A stretch of 64,000 bases of DNA from Paragordius varius (lineage: Eukaryota; Animalia; Nematomorpha): NCBI GenBank assembly GCA_964247055.1, contig OZ176051.1:11656001-11720000 (forward strand), read 5' to 3'. The translations under genes and the position numbers were made by a program. Of the stretch, positions 14,025 to 27,750 are shown one piece after another. How positions within the stretch are numbered: position 1 is the stretch's first letter; every line of letters begins with the position of its first letter. A model generated the notes under the pieces. It saw nothing but the letters and a program-made list of their open reading frames with translations, did no database searches and was not told the DNA's origin.

Positions 14025-15551
14025 ACTGAACTCGTATGTCTTCTTAGGTTTTTTAATCAGCTCCAAAACCACGCCATTTTTGTATGGCGTCTCAGTTTTA
14101 AACCGGTAAACCCCTACTTATAGACCTATATGGAAAAGCGCTGAGTTTAATTCTTTGCTTTTATAGGGCAAATATTTGGAATCATCTTTGATACCATCGT
14201 CCCATGGGTTATTCGAAAAAATACCTCAACACTAAATAATTATATGATGGCGTATTTTTAGGGGTAATAAAGGCCCCAAATTAACGACTGATTAAAAAAC
14301 GCCTGACCTTTTTTTATCTAGTTACGGGTTATATTTCAAGCTTTTAATGAACCCATATGGCTTCATAAATTTTCTGTAAATTAGCTTCAAAGCAACGCAA
14401 CTTCTATATAGTGGCGCAGTTTTTCGGGTAGCCCCTTACCCAGGGGCAAGTATAAAAAAGCGTTAAGCAAAATTTTGCCTTTATATGGGGAATACCTGGA
14501 ATTATCATGGATTCCATATGTTCCTTTTAGACACCTAGGTTTTCTGAAATTTGGCTCCAAAAGTCTTATGCGGGTAGCCCCCTAACCAGGGACGAAACAA
14601 AAAAACGCTCGATTAAAATTTTTTCCTTGTTAGGGGTAATATTTTAAACACTTGACCTCATGTGGCCCTTTCTTTAAATTAGTTCCAAAACAACGTAATT
14701 TCTATATAGTGGCGCAGTTTTGGCGGGTAGCTCCCTACCCAGAGGCTGATACAAAAAAAGCGCTTGATTAAAATTTTTTCCTCTTTACGGAGAGTACCTG
14801 GAATCATGATTGATTCCATATGATCTCATAAGTTTGGAAAATTGCCTCAAAATTAAAAAATCCTTCTATGGTGCCGCATTTTTCTGGGCGGGAAGGGCCT
14901 AGTTATCGGCTAATTTTAAAAAACCGCACGATTTTTGCCTTGTTACGGGTAATACTTTAAGCAGTTGTTGAACTCATATGGCTTGATAGGTTTTATGAAA
15001 TTTAGCCCCAAAGGCACGGTATTTCGATATGACGGGTCAGTTTTTAGCGGGTATCTCCTTACTCAGCAGCCCATATAAAAAAAGACTAAAATTGCCTTGT
15101 AACAGGAAATACTTGGGACCCTTATTAAATTTTTACGGTCTTATACTTTGGGTGAAAAATAGATTAAAAAATTATTTTTGTCGACTTTGTTTTTTTGAAA
15201 AAAAGTGGCATTTTACGGGGGGAGCGGGTAAAAAGAGGGTCTAAATTAAAAAAACGAGCCGACTATGTTCGGCGCAATCGAAAATAAGTAAAAAAAATTA
15301 TATTTTAAATCGAATGGTATAACACGTTCTCCAAAAATTGTCTCAAAAGCACGATTTGTGGATTTCTGTTTTCAAAAAACCGTTTTTTACACGGGGTGGC
15401 CCCGAACTGGGGGCCTAATTCAAAAAAGGGCGACGCTATTGTCGGAGCATTCATTAATGATTATATTTCTTCGACATTTGGATTTGAATGGTACCGGTTT
15501 TAGGGAAACAGATCACAAAGCCACCACTTTCCATTTTTATAAATATATAGA
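14025..15551 (-). mobile_element. Non-autonomous Helitron family A, copy with about 7 internal tandem units; 3' end not found
   Basis: 5' end A|TCTATATATTTATAAAAATGG at 15551 (minus strand). Body is the reverse complement of 57975-60130 (e.g. 14161-14199 vs 59960-60000). Internal units recur at roughly 150-170 bp. Confidence 0.8.
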
Positions 15552-15899
15552 TTTATAAAAAAAATTAAAACCAAAAAAAGTCCGTAATGTAAAAATTTAA
15601 TAGCTTTTTGGGAATTTTATTTTAGCATGCTATTCATCGAAAATAATTAACAACCATAAATCTATTTTAAATTTATATATATTTAATTTATATTTTCATA
15701 TTACTTTTAAAACTAAATAAATCCTGTAGGATGCTTGCGCCCTATAATTTTTAAACAAGATTAAATAATGCTACACAAGTTTTCGTTTTTATAATGTCCC
15801 TAATTAATAAATTTAATATGTTATGAACCACAATAATATCGCCTTAAGTTGAAAAATATTGGACACATTTTTGTATACTCGCTACATAAATCAAATGAA

Positions 15900-16493
15900 C
15901 ATTAGATCAAAAATCAGAAAATATCCGTTTAAATTCAGCTTCACCGTCATCTAAAAGTATTTTTGCAGCAAATTATGACCGGATGAATGGCTTGTTTTGT
16001 AAATCCAAAGCGGAAATCATAGTCTTTCCAAGGGGGTTTATTATCATCAAAGCTAAATCGTTTTATCTAGACTAGATGAATAAGATGTGCGCCGTATCGA
16101 ACCAAAGTGATTATGTCTATTATAACCAGAAGCCCGGTGTGATACTCAAAGCTTTCGTCTAAAAATAATTGTAAACCATAGATTTATTGTAAAATTACTG
16201 AATGGGTAAAACATGGCATTGCCTCATCTTACACAGCAAACCAGTGAAAAAAGCTGAAAATATATTCTATGAAAAAATTGTCCGCATCCGCCGGACTCTC
16301 CTAATCTGACCATTTGATTATTAACTCTTCGCATCAACTTTGGCGCACGCTCACAGAGCAGTAATTCAATAATTTCGACGTTGGAAAATAGCTTGACAAA
16401 TGCCCACCGCAAAAGACAATCCGTTTTATTGGCATGACATTCACAATAAACCTGAGTGCGTGGAATATGTAGAATCTGAAAGACTTTGAATAA
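15900..16493 (+). pseudogene. Decayed mariner (Mos1-like) transposase
   Basis: Frameshifted fragments matching Mos1 motifs: FLQQIMTG-DE-W-FVNPKRKS, HPPDSPNL (about 16285; HPPYSPDL), DYxLFAS, FYWHDIH..PE, ending FE*. Confidence 0.75.
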
Positions 16494-18289
16494 AATAAAC
16501 AAATGATTTTACTTCTAAATTACGTGTCTTTTTGCAAAAACAAATAAACCATTTAAAAGACTAATGTAAAATGCAAAAAATAATAAATATTATAATAAAT
16601 AAATTGATAAATTCGATGAGCTATCATAATTTTGAGTAATACCCACTCATTTTTCGTAATGATACATAATTAAACTACACAATATCTTGCGATATTTTCG
16701 CATTGAAGTGTATTATTTAAATCTTAGTTAAATATTTTATATTTTATAAAAAGATATGCTATTCTGCATATCGGTTAATCATATGTGTTTCCATAGTGTT
16801 AATGAACTAAAGAAAAAATATCTTTTAACCAAAATGACGAACAACAAACGAACACGAAATTGTTTTTATTTATTTAAAAAACTGTAGACGCTTCACTTTT
16901 AATTAGAAGCTAAAATGAAAGCATAATTTTACTATATCTTTTGATGATTTCTATGCAATTAAAAACTAAAACAAATACTTTGACAATAAACCAATAGCTT
17001 AAAATTAGAATTTGGGGTTTATTATCCTTAAATTCAACGCAAACCAATTATTTAAGATTGTTACTTTATAAATCGCTTATATGCAATCTATTTTTCTCTT
17101 AATATTTCCGTACGCATATATATGTTTTGATTAAAAAATTTAGGATATAATAAGGGTTCTATTGTAATATTATATTCAATTTTTTAAAGTTAAAATCCAC
17201 GAAATCTAAGATACTTAAAATTAAAAATTTCTAAACCAACATCACGCTGTCAATTATCGAATAACAACAAGCTCAACTACTTGTTTAGATAATACATATA
17301 ACACACTCAAATATATTAAATAACTTTATTAGGTAGTTCCATCTTTTCTTCATAAATTTACTATTTGATAAAATATATTGTTTTATAAACAAATTTGCCT
17401 TCATGGCTTATTTTTAAAAATTATGATTTCGCTAATCTACAATATCAGCGGGAGTCTTTTTAATAAAAATACCGACAGATTTTATGATAAAGATGTGTAA
17501 AAAAGGTAAATTTCCTATTAAAATATAAAATACATATTAGTAGATAGCTAATGGTGATTAAACAAATTGGGAAGGCGGCATGTTCAACAGGTCAAATTTG
17601 ATAGCTTCGTAAATTTTCAGATTTTTATGTAAAGCATTCAGATTCTTTAATTTTTCTCTAACTCTATTAAGGACACCATTAAAGTAAATCAAATGTAAGC
17701 AATTAAGACTTCTATTATTATGCAATCATTAAGGATAAAAAATCTCTAAACTTTGAATTAATAACAGTATGAAAGACTAATATCCTATTTATTACTTTAT
17801 AATTGAGTTGTTTTTTTTAAAATAAATTACTCTCATAATGTCTTAAAGCATGACTGGAATGTATTTATCTAACAAAATACAGACAGACATTAATTATAGT
17901 GATCTTTTGATTTAAATATATATAATAGCAGAATTTAAAAATAAAACAACTCTATTTATAAGGGAGTTTTTTTCGGTAAAAAGTCATTTTTATAATATTA
18001 GTACCATAACCTCTTATAATGTGTTCGATGTTTGTTTTAAAAATTGTCTAGATTTATAACCCTATTTTCATCTAAGCTTAGAACAGCGCAGACGCACTCC
18101 ATATTTATTAATTTTTAAATTTAAAAATTTTGTTTTACAATTATATGATTAGGCCTTATTCGTTTTATTTATGTATTATCACTTTAATTTATAAGATATA
18201 AATAACCTAATACACTCAAATTAAGTGAAGCTGGCAGATTTTTTTTCTTTAAATTTATTAAATTCTTTAAAAATAAATTTTTGTTTTTG

Positions 18290-18436
18290 AAAAGATAAAT
18301 AGGTATTCAAAAGTTATTATTTCAAATAATACATAAAAAATCACCCATTTATGAGTGGTCATGACCACGGTTTGAATTTAATTATTTTTTTAAAATGCAA
18401 GGAGCTGGGGCGTCAGATATGCTAGCTACACCTCTG
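18290..18436 (+). repeat. Dispersed repeat / hAT-like MITE 3' part, paired with 48272-48565
   Basis: About 110 bp near-identical to 48395-48500 (aatcacc.atttatgagtgg.catgacca.ggtt..atttaattatttttttaaaatg); ends gctagctacacctctg. Confidence 0.55.
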
Positions 18437-19028
18437 GCGAAATTAATATAGACGCTTATGAGACAGTTACATTTAATACAGCCCATAAACTTAATAAATA
18501 TATATGGCTTGTGATTCGCATCATGAATTTTAGAAAAATAAAATTTATGCTTTTTTATAATAATATATTTGATATTATTCCACAAATAGATTTAATGTTT
18601 AAATTTTAATATTATAAATACTCATTATACCTACTGTGTGTGATGCATTCCATGCCATAATAGGCCGGTAATTAATATCTAAAATTTCATGTAAAGAGAA
18701 AACCAACCCGTATTCTTCTTATATTATTGAATTTAATAGGATTTTATTTAGATATGACAAATTTAGAACGGATGTAAAATAATTATGAAATATTTAAAGA
18801 CTTGTTAAAATGTTTTTTGCTCTGGTTTGCTGAGAACGAATCGACTGCGACTTCTTATACTGATAGGGCATTTTTAGCCGTATCGGTGAAGATGTCTCTA
18901 ATAGCTTTTGCAAAATAATTCTTAATTGATTTCAAATCGCTTTATTAAACCGAAAATTATGTTTTTATAAGTACCTATATAGATCTTAGATGCAAATGAG
19001 AACCCCTTTTCAGTTTTTAGTTTGATAG

Positions 19029-19111
19029 GAAACGACACCGAACCGAGCCTTTTGGCTTCAATTTGGTTTGGAGCAGCATTATTTATCCTTTATACCTATT
19101 ATAAATATTAA
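19029..19111 (+). CDS. Candidate terminal exon with a C-terminal hydrophobic anchor
   Basis: Acceptor tttgatag; (x)NDTEPSLLASIWFGAALFILYTYYKY*; aataaa overlaps the stop. Upstream exons not resolved. Confidence 0.3.
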
Positions 19112-21473
19112 TAAATGGTCTTATCAATGAATCTTTTTTTCTTACAATGTTTAATCTATTAAAGTAATAAGGCTAAAATATATACGGTTATATCCTGGAT
19201 AAAGTGTTAAAAAAATTACAGCAAGGCACTCAAATCATGTAAAAAGGTTTATTTTCGGATAACTGGTCAGTTTAATAATAATCATCAGACTATTGACAAA
19301 ATTATCTATTCAAATAGCTCGTGGTTTTAACTGTAAACATGTGTATAATTTCAATATAATTAAAAATGACAATCATATCAGTTTTTAATTTTATGTTATC
19401 TGTAAGTTCTATAGACTTTTATTATTATCCCGCCATAACCCTCCGAAATATACTTTGTTTTCTTAAAAGAGACGGAATAATTTACATGGTTTTCCTTTTC
19501 AATTATTAATTATATATTAGCTTTATTATACTAAGAATTAAGCGTAGTTGAATTGTATTCACCCATAAAAACTTTACAATAACGTGTTTAGGAATGAAAA
19601 TGATAAAAAAACTAGGCAATTTTGAGTATTGGCATCTAATGGTTCTAACCCCTTCACTATTCTACGTATTCATCAATAGATAAAAAGATATTAAAATGTT
19701 GATGTGACATTTACTTTTAACTATTTATGCTGCTTCGATTGGTTTATGATTTTTGTTCATGCAAAATTACATTAATTGCTTTAAACAGGACACACCCTAA
19801 TGTGAACGAACTATATATATATATATATTGTGTGACTTCAAAACATATAAAAAACGCTATCGATTAAAATGAACTCTAACAAAACGGCAAAATATTGAAC
19901 TTAACTAGTAATATCAATGACCTTTAAAAAATATTAATATTCAACTTTTTTTATTTAAATTATTTATACCATTTTATGACTATGAAGCATTTAATCTTAT
20001 TGATCGTAATCATAGGAATCGTTCAGGGTAGCTTATAATTTTTTATAGAAATGCATTAATTAATTTGGTATATTAATCTGTGCATAAATATTAGTTGCGG
20101 TGTTTTTTTAAGAAAAACCTCTTTATCGCAACTTTGCCAAATTTTAAATATAATTTTTTAAAAAGTTATATATTAGTAAACTGTTAAGCAGCTTTGATGG
20201 TGGCTGGTTGTCTTACTTTTTTTTTAATTTTATTTTGAGTTTGGGTATAAATTTTATAAAGATTTTAACTTTATCACACATTAAGCATTATTTGTGTTAA
20301 AACCAAATTTTGTTACAGTCGATCATAGTCTTTCAAAATCTGAAATTAATATCAAGGCCTAAGCGCCAAGTAAGAAAATTAATTGGAAAAACCTAAAAAT
20401 AACGGTCACCTATTTTAATACTTTGGTAACAATTTTTTTACTAACGATTAAATTTACCATATATTTGTATGAAATTAAAAGAAAACAGTTGAGATAGCTT
20501 CAAAAATAAAATATCGGTAAAAATCATCCGGATAAAATTATGTTTTCGGATTTTATTTTGAATCAATTTTTTGTCAAATTAACTATAATACGACGCAAAA
20601 ACATGGTGAATTTATGAAGAGAATGGTAGTATTGGTTTTGAAAACATCCACAGATGTTTTCTTACACTCAATGCATTAATTTAAAAGCTGAATAATATTT
20701 ACGCTGTAATTAAAATTAACGAGTTTTTAGAATTAAAACTAAATATGAGATCCTATCGGAATCTTGCCATTTTTAATAAGTCCCAACATCTTTACAAATA
20801 TTATTTGAAATTTTAATTGATATTCATTATAATTGTAAAATATTTATATGGCCCAATGTAAATATTTAATGATATCCATAATAATGTTTGCCGATTTAAA
20901 CTTTGATAAATTATTAAGATTATTCCATTGTATTTACACCAAATTTGTACTTAAAATCTTTTGATGGTATAAATAACACTGTTATTAAATTTACATTAAT
21001 CTTGCTAAGATGATTTACATATTATAATTTAATAAAACAACAAAAACGGTTTTAGAACGATTTTTAATTTGAATATTTTAGAAATTGATTTTAAATTTTA
21101 GGCCAAATTTAATATATATTCTCTAGTGGTCCATGTTTATTTTATTGTGATAAATTGTTATTTAAACTTTTTGCCGCCATTTTTCATTATTTCGTAAACT
21201 CAACAGGCAAACAAATCTATTAATATAGTAGTTATAAAATCAACAATAGATTTAAAGCACGATTAAAATGATGTCGTAGAAATAAAATTTAAGTTTAACT
21301 AACAATATACTAAATGAGAAATGAAACTAAAAAAAATTGTTTGTGAATTTGATTTCTTTTTCCTGTTTATAATTTTGTGTTCCTTGTTAATATAAAAACA
21401 TTTTTCAATCGTCTTTGTTCATCTGTATCAACAACTTCGGCCTCCCGTTAACTTTATGTTTGCAGTTATAGGC

Positions 21474-24400
21474 ATGGTGTGTCAAAGCACTATCATTTGT
21501 TTTTTTCTTATTATCTGTTGGCTTTTTTTATATTCGAACATCCAATGCTCTGTCAAAATTTGTACTATGTACACAATTTATTTACATATTGATAATATTA
21601 ATCTTATGGTTTGAATATGTAAATGATCAACTTTTTTTACATGCAATTCAAAAGTAAATTTGATATATATTGACTATAATGTCAGGAGATTGATTCAATC
21701 TGATTTTGGATTCTAAATAACTATAAATATCATACGTTTGCCAAATTAATTCTTATATTGTCATTCACGTATGGAATCCTTAAATTCTAATATAAATATA
21801 AGCATTTTATAAAGGATAAATTGTTAATTAATTAATTATTTTTTGTCAAAAACAATCAATTACACGCAGTAAAACTGCTTTAAACAAAATCATCTATAAA
21901 AAATGGAAAAATAAGGGAGTGTTCATTAAAAAAAAATAAAACAGCTGTTATTTATTTTTAGTTTTTTGCAATTATTTTTCTTATGTGGCGCTTAAGCCTA
22001 AGATATTTTTCTGCTGAATACCCATCATTACTTAAAAAACAAGGCTCATGCAACTTATAAAACGTCCCCAAATTTGATACCAAATATTATATATATATAT
22101 ATTTATTTACTATGTCCGTTGAAAAAATTAAATAATATGTAGATATTTTATTATAATATTGATTTACAGATTAAGACAGTAGAAGATTATTTTTAACGGT
22201 CAAAAATTTAACACAAATATATAATTTTTAAAATTTTATAGCCTTCCAGAATGCCCAAAACAGCCTAAATGAATTGGACATTGACAATAAAGCTTTACGT
22301 AATTATAATTATATTTTTCACAACAGCTATAACTAAGTATTAGGACTTATATTAATAAATAATTAAAATAAGATACATACAAATTATTTTTGATATTTGT
22401 ATTTTTTTAAACAATAATCCTATTGAATCGTTTTGATTTTTAAGATTTATAATTTTTTTAATAGTCGTTTTGTCAATAATATTTTACCATAATCAAATTC
22501 CAAATTTTAAGCCCAATGTGTTTGCATATATACCGTTTACAATTCTATTCACCCTTGAAAAATTTAAATTCACCCTGGAACAATTTAAATACACCCACCC
22601 TTAAACAATTCGTTTACCCTTTAATTATGTTTTTTGTGGCTAATACAACTCATCATTAATATGACATATATCTTTATGGCATAGTTTATATTTTTTTCAT
22701 TTATTATTTTAATTTTGAAGGAAATTTCATTAAAAATATAAAAATATATAAGTAATTTTTTAATCTTAAAAAACACATAATTTATTTTAGGGTGAATTGT
22801 TAATTTGAATTATAAATGGTACATAAACTTTTTCATTTATATCAGTCGATATTTTGACAATCCTTTAACCCATACATGGCAGACTATATATCGTTGACAC
22901 CTTAAATTACGCTTAAACATTTCAAATTCACCTTCAGATTTTAAAATTATTGTGTTTGGGTTAATCTAACTTATTTTTAATACGAAATATTTTTTATCAC
23001 ATAATTTATCATTTTTCTGTATTCTTTCAATATTAAACATAGTTTAGAAAAAGGTATAGGTTATTTTTATCTAAAACATAATTAATTTGGCATATTGGAA
23101 TGTTAAGAGGGAATATAAATTTTGAATTTGAAGTGTACAAGAAATTTTGGATAAATATGGTAATCTTACGTATACCAAATATATATAAATGGGCGCATTA
23201 CCATTTTATCCGTCTGTATATTAATATAAAATAAGTAAGTTGTAACTGTAACATAACAAGCTCATTTGAAAACGCAAAATTTTGAAATTAATCATCTATA
23301 TATTTATAAAAATGGAAAATGCTGGCTTTGTGATCTGGTACCGCAAAACCAGTAGATCCATTCAAATCCAAACATCGAAAAAATATAATCATTAATGAAT
23401 GCCCCGACAATAGCTTCGCCCTTTTTTGAAATAGGCCCCCAGTTCGGGCCCACCCCGTGTGAAAAACGGGTTTTTTTTAAAACACAAGTCCACAAAAATC
23501 GTGTCTTTGAGACAATTTTCTGGAGAACGTGTTGGTCCATTCTATTTCAAATATGATTTTTGTTAAATTTTTAATCGCGCTGAACATAGTCGACTCACTT
23601 TTTTGATTTAGGCCCTCTTTTTACCCGCTCCCCCCGTAAAATGCCATTTTTTTTAAACAACAAAGTCCACAAAAATAATTTTTTAAATCTATTTTTCGCC
23701 CTAGGAATGAGACTGTAAAAATTCAATATGGATTCCACGTATTCCCTGTTAAAAGGCAAAAATTTTAATCAGGCGTTTCTTTAATGATAGCTGCTGGGTA
23801 AGGAGCTACCCGCTAAAAACTGATTCCTCATGTAACTTTGTGATCTGTTTCCGGAAAACCGGTGAACATCATCACATCCAAATATCGAAAAAATATAATC
23901 ATTAATGAATGTCCCGACAATAGCTTCGCACTTTTTTTGGAATTAGGTCCCCAGTTCGGGCCTACCCCGTGTGAAAAATGGGTTAAGTCAATTTTTTGGA
24001 GAACGTGTTGGACCATTCAATTCCAAATTTGATTTTTGTTTACTTATTTTTAATCGCGCTGAACATAGTCGACTCACCTTTTTGATTTAGGCCCTCTTTT
24101 TACCCGCTACCCCCGTAAAATGCCATTTTTTTCAAAAAAAAACAAAGTCCACAAATATAATTTTTTAAATCTATTTTTTCCCCAAGTAACAATATATTAG
24201 TATGAATGCACCGTTTTAAAATTCCTATATAATCATATTTAAATAATGTTTCGAAATAATCCACATATGTGGATCATTTTATTGTCCCTTATTTCAAATA
24301 GCTCCACCCCCCAGAAGTCCGCACGAGATTTACGCTAGTAAAATAATAATAATTCAAACTTCTTTTATTAGTTATGAATTTTAAAAATGTAATTTGGTAG

Positions 24401-27400
24401 CAATTATCACTTTGATGCGAACTTACTTAATACCCAAAATGAACTTATGCCCAGATACAGGGCAAAACAAGATACCAAAATTATAAAGAATGCAAGACCC
24501 GTTCTTAATCAATATTTTGAAATGTATATAGCAGCTACACATCTAATTTAATAGAAAGTTTATTTTAATTAAACAAATATTATCGATCATATATCACGTA
24601 AAACATAAAAAACATTTAAAGTGTCTAGTCGTTATTTATACCCAAAATATGCAGTATATTGGATTAAACAACTCTTTTAAAACATATATGCTTTTAGGCC
24701 CCATATTTGCGATTTACTTATTTAGGCATTAACATGATAACTTGGAATATGTCTTAAGATTTGATACAACCTGCTGTTTATAATCTTTAATTCCAATTTT
24801 GTGATATTGATAAAAAATGTGTAAATGACGATATATTTTGCCATTTATTAGGATCTCCATCAAAAATAAATTTATTGTTATAGAATAAAAATTATTGGAA
24901 TAGACTGCAAAAATTATATAATTTGTTTAATATTTTATTTGATGATAGTTACCCAAGCGAGTATATTGTTTTATAAATAATTTCATTTAATATATATTAT
25001 AAATTGAATAAAAGTTTGATTAGATATTGATTGTTATTAAACCGTATAAATATTTGGCATAGTTGAAAACTTCACCGCTAAACTGGATCCACGTATATAA
25101 CTTAATTTATATGAAAAAATTTAGAACATAGTCGGCCCTACTTATTTATCTTCCAAATTTTACCGCAAAGTTATTTCTTTTTTTATTTTTTTGTATATTT
25201 TGATGCCAAAAAAATATGGATTGTATCAGATTAAGGCAAATGTTTAGCGATCTAATATCATTTATAAACCAAGGATAAGTCCTTAGTTTCCCATTTTTAA
25301 TATCTTATTTAAATTGTGTTTGTGCACAAGATCGATTATTAAACAATTGCTAACTATTGACGGCGAAGAACTTATAGAGCTTCAATAGATTCCATAAAAC
25401 CATATTACTTTAAAAAGTTTAAATTCATTGCTGTTATTTTACATTGTGAGAAAAAATAACTAATTTTCGAAAATTCGTATCCTACAGATTGTTTTTATAC
25501 CAAATTTCTATGTTAATAATAGATCAAAGTGAAAAGCCCGAATACAGAATCATATATAAACCAGCAGTGGTGAATAATAGTGATACAAATTCATCCATAA
25601 CAAACGCTAACATTCAATCCATGAGTCTTAATTATAAAACGCTCGTTAAATGTATTTTATTTAAAACCAATAAAATTTAATTAAATAATAATTTAGCTTT
25701 GGGCGTTGCCGGTACATTATTATTATTAATACTATTTATAAAAGACACTGACTTACTTTAGGACGTTAAAATATGTGAAAAATCATTTGCAGATGTTTTA
25801 TAAGGTATAGAGCTAGCTATGTAATATTGAAAAAACGCAACTATAGTTAATTTTTTTGCCTCTTATTAAAAATTTGGAAATTTGTTTGAAAAAAGACCAA
25901 CCAATGTGTTAGACTTTAAATAAAAGCTAATATATAATTGTAATTGTTAATATTAATATGTGCCATTTAGGACTTCTATCAATATTTTTAATGAGTGTAA
26001 AATTATCAAAAATAAATTTTAATCAAATTATGCTAGATGTTACATCAAACTCAAACCCCCTTATTTTGCTGGTTAACTCTATTCGTATTCGCTAAAATAC
26101 AATTGTTCCAAATAAACATATAATCAAATAATTTTCATAATTTGACCCACTAAATTATAATATTCAATTTATTTCAAACATTAGCTCAAATATTTAACGA
26201 TTAATGAGTATTTGCCCTCTATGGTATTGCGTGGTGCCTTATTTTGTTGATCCTATTTAATTTAAATGAATCTATCTATTTTTTGAAATTTATTTCAAAA
26301 ATTTTCTTATTTTATTGGCTGAAATTTAGGAGCCGCGGCCACTTTTGGTATATTACGTCAAAATTTATATTTTAGCATCCCTTGGTAATTATTACTACTC
26401 TCTCTGTACAATGATATTTCATTCTACAGTATTTGATTAAATAAAGAATATTACGTATAATAAAAAAAACAAGATACCCTATATTTTAATAAATGGAACA
26501 AGTCTGTTCACAATTTCATTTATATAGGGATTTTAAGCCAAGCATCAGGCGTTGCAACCGGTGCAGAAATATCCCAAGCCAGTAGACAAGTCATAAATTT
26601 GGTTGAAAATCTGGCTCCGCATTCACACGGTAAAAGATACTTTCATTTTTAAGCAAAGTAAAGGTTTTAAAATTTTCACCGGAAAATTATAGATTTTATT
26701 ATTTGATACTTTTTTCACAATATTAATGGAATAGAAAACATAATACTACTATTATTACATATAGATGCAATGGCAGAGACATCATTTAACTCCCCAGATT
26801 CAGGTTTTTTCACATAAAATACTAAATAATCTATTCTCTTATGCACTTTATTATTTATAGTAATTTAATATAAGCATGCAAGATGGTTTTGAACCCATTA
26901 AAAATATTGAATTAAATTCCAAATATTTTTTTTAAAGACCAATCAATCTTTGTTATAAAGATATAATTTGATGCAGTGCAATGAGCTTACAAAAACACAA
27001 GATATTGCTTTCAGAATTCTCATGCTTTTGTTTTTGATTATTCAGAGTTGAATACTGAATATCATTATATTTCCCGTTTAAACAAATTAGCTTTATTAAG
27101 TCGCAATGAAACGAAAATTCAAAATAATGTCAAGTTATAGTAAAAAAATGAAACTGCATAATAATATGGCTTTATTTAGCCAAATAGCGTATTTCAGGTT
27201 CAATCATGTTCAAAACGGGTGAAAACACCTTATTTTAGATAAACCCTAATTCTTCTAATTCGATGCACGCCACGCAAAATTTGCTGCTACAAATTGAATT
27301 AAAGAATCGCTCCCTTATAAATTTATTGAAACTCTTTTGAAAGGATGAACTATTTTTTTTACCAAAATTTTGAGCTGTAAAAAAACCGACCATTGTAAAC

Positions 27401-27710
27401 GGATTTATTAACAATTTTACGATTTTGCTGAAATTTAAGGGCAAAGTATGCTTTTTATAGATAATTGTTTACTGGCATATATTTCATATCGCACGATCTC
27501 GGTGTATGTGTTTATTTTAAAAACATTAGCCTATTTTTAACGGGTTAAACTTTCAAAAATCATAAATTACATTGATTTGGTTTAAATTTTATAAATACAT
27601 TTATAATTGGTTAGCTTTTGGCTCTACCAAATATATATAATTTCCTTTGCTTTAGGGATAAAGTGAAAAGATATTTTTTTATAATTCGTAAAATCTAAAA
27701 TTAAAAAAAA

Positions 27711-27750
<40 letters not shown>

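Noticed and set aside
13911-15558. ORFs at 13911, 15029 and 15358, and related ORFs at 23304, 23828, 57893, 59532, 59651 and 61640
   Set aside because: They lie in non-coding Helitron repeats, are not conserved in frame between copies, and show no Rep/helicase motifs.
16224-16502. 92-aa minus-strand ORF
   Set aside because: Antisense to the decayed mariner transposase.
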